A DNA stretch of 57,719 nucleotides, taken from Anaerolineales bacterium. GTDB taxonomy: Bacteria; Chloroflexota; Anaerolineae; Anaerolineales; E44-bin32. The notes beneath the pieces were generated by a model. It searched no databases and was not told the DNA's origin. It saw nothing but the letters and a program-made list of their open reading frames with translations. Position numbers and translations under genes: made by a program. Below, piece after piece: positions 55,975 through 57,719 of the stretch. Numbering within the stretch: the stretch's first letter is position 1; each line of letters starts with the position of its first letter. The stretch covers positions 1 through 57,719 of the forward strand of contig JBFYRF010000019.1 of the NCBI GenBank assembly GCA_041302385.1, written 5' to 3'.

Positions 55975-56976
55975 ATGGCCCGTTATCGTCGGTTCTTCTT
56001 CCTCCTCCCCGCCCTGATCCTTTTGGCATCTGTGCTGAGCGCCACATTGCCCTGGACCCATCCTAGCGAGGCCAGCAGCCCACAGGCGCCAGGGATTGCG
56101 CAACTCAGCGGGGAATTGCGAATGCTTGCCGCCCCACCGCCGGCTGAAGCCTTCCCGATAGCCGAGCTGGATACCTGCCTGCACTGCCACCTGACCGGCG
56201 AGCTGACGAATCTATGGACTCCGCTCACCCGCTGGCTGGTCTTCGGCGCCTTCGGCATGGTGTTTGTCTACGGCGCCGCACGGTCCGCCAGCGCCTGGCG
56301 CACGCGAACGCCCTGGAAGCCGCTCTGGCTGCGCGGCGCCGACTGGGTGGACAGCCGCTACCAGGTGAAGGAGCCGATGCTCAAGGTGCTGAAGAAGCCG
56401 GTGCCGCTTTTCGCCACCAAGTGGTTCTACTGCCTGGGCGGGATCACCTTCGCCCTGCTGGCGATCCAAGGCGTCACCGGCATCATGCTCGCCGCCTACT
56501 ACCAGCCCACGCCAGAAGGCGCCTACGCCAGCATCCAGTACATCGAAAACGAGGTCCGCTTTGGATCGAGCATCCGGGCCATCCACCACTGGGCCGCCAA
56601 TGGCATGGTGGTGATGGTCGTGGCGCACATGCTGCGGGTGTTCATTTCCGGCGCCTACAAGCCTCCGCGGGAGTTGAATTGGGTCAACGGTGTCTTCCTG
56701 CTGGTGCTGACCCTCGCCTTCGGCTTCACCGGCTACCTGCTGCCTTGGGACCAGACGGCGTTCTGGGCCAGCACCGTCGGGACAGAGATCGCTGGCGCCG
56801 AGCCAGTTGTCGGCCATCTGGCGCTGGTGTTCTTGCGCGGCGGGTGGGACATCGCCGCGGTCACCCTGACCCGATTCTACGCCTTACACATCATGGTGCT
56901 GCCGGCCGCCATCATCCTATTCCTGGTGGCCCACTTCTTGATGATCCGGCGGCAGGGCATCGCCCGCCCACTCTAG
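55975..56976 (+). CDS. Cytochrome b6-type subunit of a bc complex, with an N-terminal extension carrying a CxxCH heme-c motif
   Basis: The core is close to PetB: FYCLGGITF (heme-ci Cys context), SIRAIHHWAANGMVVMVVAHMLRVF and TLTRFYALHIMVLPAAIILFLVAHFLMIRRQGI. The extension is a signal/TM (FFFLLPALILLASVLSA) followed by ...LDTCLHCHLTGE. The start is ATG 55975. Confidence 0.88.
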   Translation: MARYRRFFFLLPALILLASVLSATLPWTHPSEASSPQAPGIAQLSGELRMLAAPPPAEAFPIAELDTCLHCHLTGELTNLWTPLTRWLVFGAFGMVFVYGAARSASAWRTRTPWKPLWLRGADWVDSRYQVKEPMLKVLKKPVPLFATKWFYCLGGITFALLAIQGVTGIMLAAYYQPTPEGAYASIQYIENEVRFGSSIRAIHHWAANGMVVMVVAHMLRVFISGAYKPPRELNWVNGVFLLVLTLAFGFTGYLLPWDQTAFWASTVGTEIAGAEPVVGHLALVFLRGGWDIAAVTLTRFYALHIMVLPAAIILFLVAHFLMIRRQGIARPL

Positions 56977-56991
56977 GCCCAGGGGATCCCC

Positions 56992-57393
56992 ATGACAGAA
57001 CACACGCACCCTGACGACGAAAAGACAATCCCGTTCTTTCCCGATCACATCACGACGGAAGCCTGGGTGACCGTCGGGCTACTGGTGATCATCGTGCTGA
57101 TCGGCGTGTGGGCGGCGTTCCAACCGCTGGGCCTCGAGGAGCCGGCGAACGCGATGGACACGCCTCCGCACGTCAAGGCCCACTGGTATTTCCTGTTTCT
57201 GCAGGAAATGCTGAAGTACATCCCCAAGGGGATTGGAGTCGTCATCCCCGTCGTGGCGATCGTCATCATGGCCCTTTGGCCATTCATCGACAGCAAGCCC
57301 GACAGCAAGCGCGCCCGCATCTATCGGGTTGTGGTGTCGGTCGTGGCGCTGTCGGTGATCGGCATCCTGACGTATCTGGGCGCTACCAGCTAG
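56992..57393 (+). CDS. Cytochrome bc complex subunit IV (PetD-like; C-terminal half of cytochrome b)
   Basis: 133 aa with three hydrophobic helices. WYFLFLQEMLKYIP corresponds to the PEWY-box region of subunit IV. The gene immediately follows the b6 gene. Confidence 0.85.
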   Translation: MTEHTHPDDEKTIPFFPDHITTEAWVTVGLLVIIVLIGVWAAFQPLGLEEPANAMDTPPHVKAHWYFLFLQEMLKYIPKGIGVVIPVVAIVIMALWPFIDSKPDSKRARIYRVVVSVVALSVIGILTYLGATS

Positions 57394-57408
57394 CGCACGG
57401 GGGCAGGC

Positions 57409-57719
57409 ATGGAGAAGGCAATTACGGTTGAGAAGACCAACATCCCCCGCCGCAGCATCCTGCGGCTGTTTACGGGCTTGCTGGGCGTCCTGGGAGCCAC
57501 CATCCTGATCGGGCCGGTCATCGCTTACTTCTGGCCGGCCAAGCTGGAGGAGATCCCCTCCGAACCGGTCGCCGTCGGCGCACCGGATCTGGTGCCGCCG
57601 GGCGGATCGACCACGGTGCGTTTCGGCCGCTACCCGGCGCTGATCGTCAACACCCCGGATGGCCTGCGGGCCTACTCGGCAGTGTGCACACACTTCGCCT
57701 GCCTGGTGAAGTGGAACCC
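57409..57719 (+). CDS. Rieske [2Fe-2S] subunit (N-terminal part; gene runs off the right edge)
   Basis: MEKAITVEKTNIPRRSILRLF is Tat-like (RR plus a TM helix). Rieske box I, CTHFAC, appears just before the window ends. Confidence 0.85.
   Translation, partial: MEKAITVEKTNIPRRSILRLFTGLLGVLGATILIGPVIAYFWPAKLEEIPSEPVAVGAPDLVPPGGSTTVRFGRYPALIVNTPDGLRAYSAVCTHFACLVKWN

Overview
GC-rich bacterial chromosomal window, almost entirely coding: about 55 protein genes and one tRNA. I saw no rRNA, CRISPR array, transposase, integrase or phage block. Content is mostly housekeeping. Left to right: sufS-(unknown)-sufD-sufB-sufC (minus strand), divergent from sufR and a DUF59 gene; ECF sigma plus a small membrane protein; MoxR-DUF58-DUF4129 module; dinG; efp; tRNA-Leu(UAG); tig-clpP-clpX; DUF1028; HAD-IIA; rlmN; an orphan GAF histidine kinase; a ~950 bp repeat-ridden non-coding island; rpe; rpmB; Asp23-DAK2-DegV-DegV-recG-coaD; pyrG; Roadblock/LC7; rimM-KH-rpsP-ffh. 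Then comes an FHA/MTAP/SEDS-PBP operon, followed by archease-rtcB; tyrS; alaS; ruvX; mltG; an S9 peptidase; and a b6-type cytochrome bc operon (partial Rieske at the right edge). Blocks of gene order mirror the Bacillus rlmN..rpe-rpmB-yloU-yloV-recG and ffh-rpsP-ylqC-rimM neighbourhoods. Together with SufR, FhaA-like proteins and b6-type cytochrome b, this suggests a Chloroflexota-like lineage, but that is inference only. No obvious new defence or mobile system is present. The best candidate for something undescribed is the tightly packed minus-strand operon at 38729-44459. It encodes two DUF3662-FHA paralogs, a TM-FHA protein, an embedded MTA phosphorylase, and a single-polypeptide SEDS (RodA/FtsW) fused to a class-B PBP module whose three transpeptidase motifs all look degenerate. 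No Ser/Thr kinase or phosphatase is in the window. Secondary items include an uncharacterised translationally coupled ORF inside the suf operon, REP-like degenerate repeat islands, and a perfect 14-bp hairpin in the pyrG leader. Others are promoters positioned for leaderless mRNAs, a CxxCH extension on cytochrome b6, and an AHWY variant of the Qo PEWY motif. All calls come from reading the supplied translations and sequence by eye; no searches were run.
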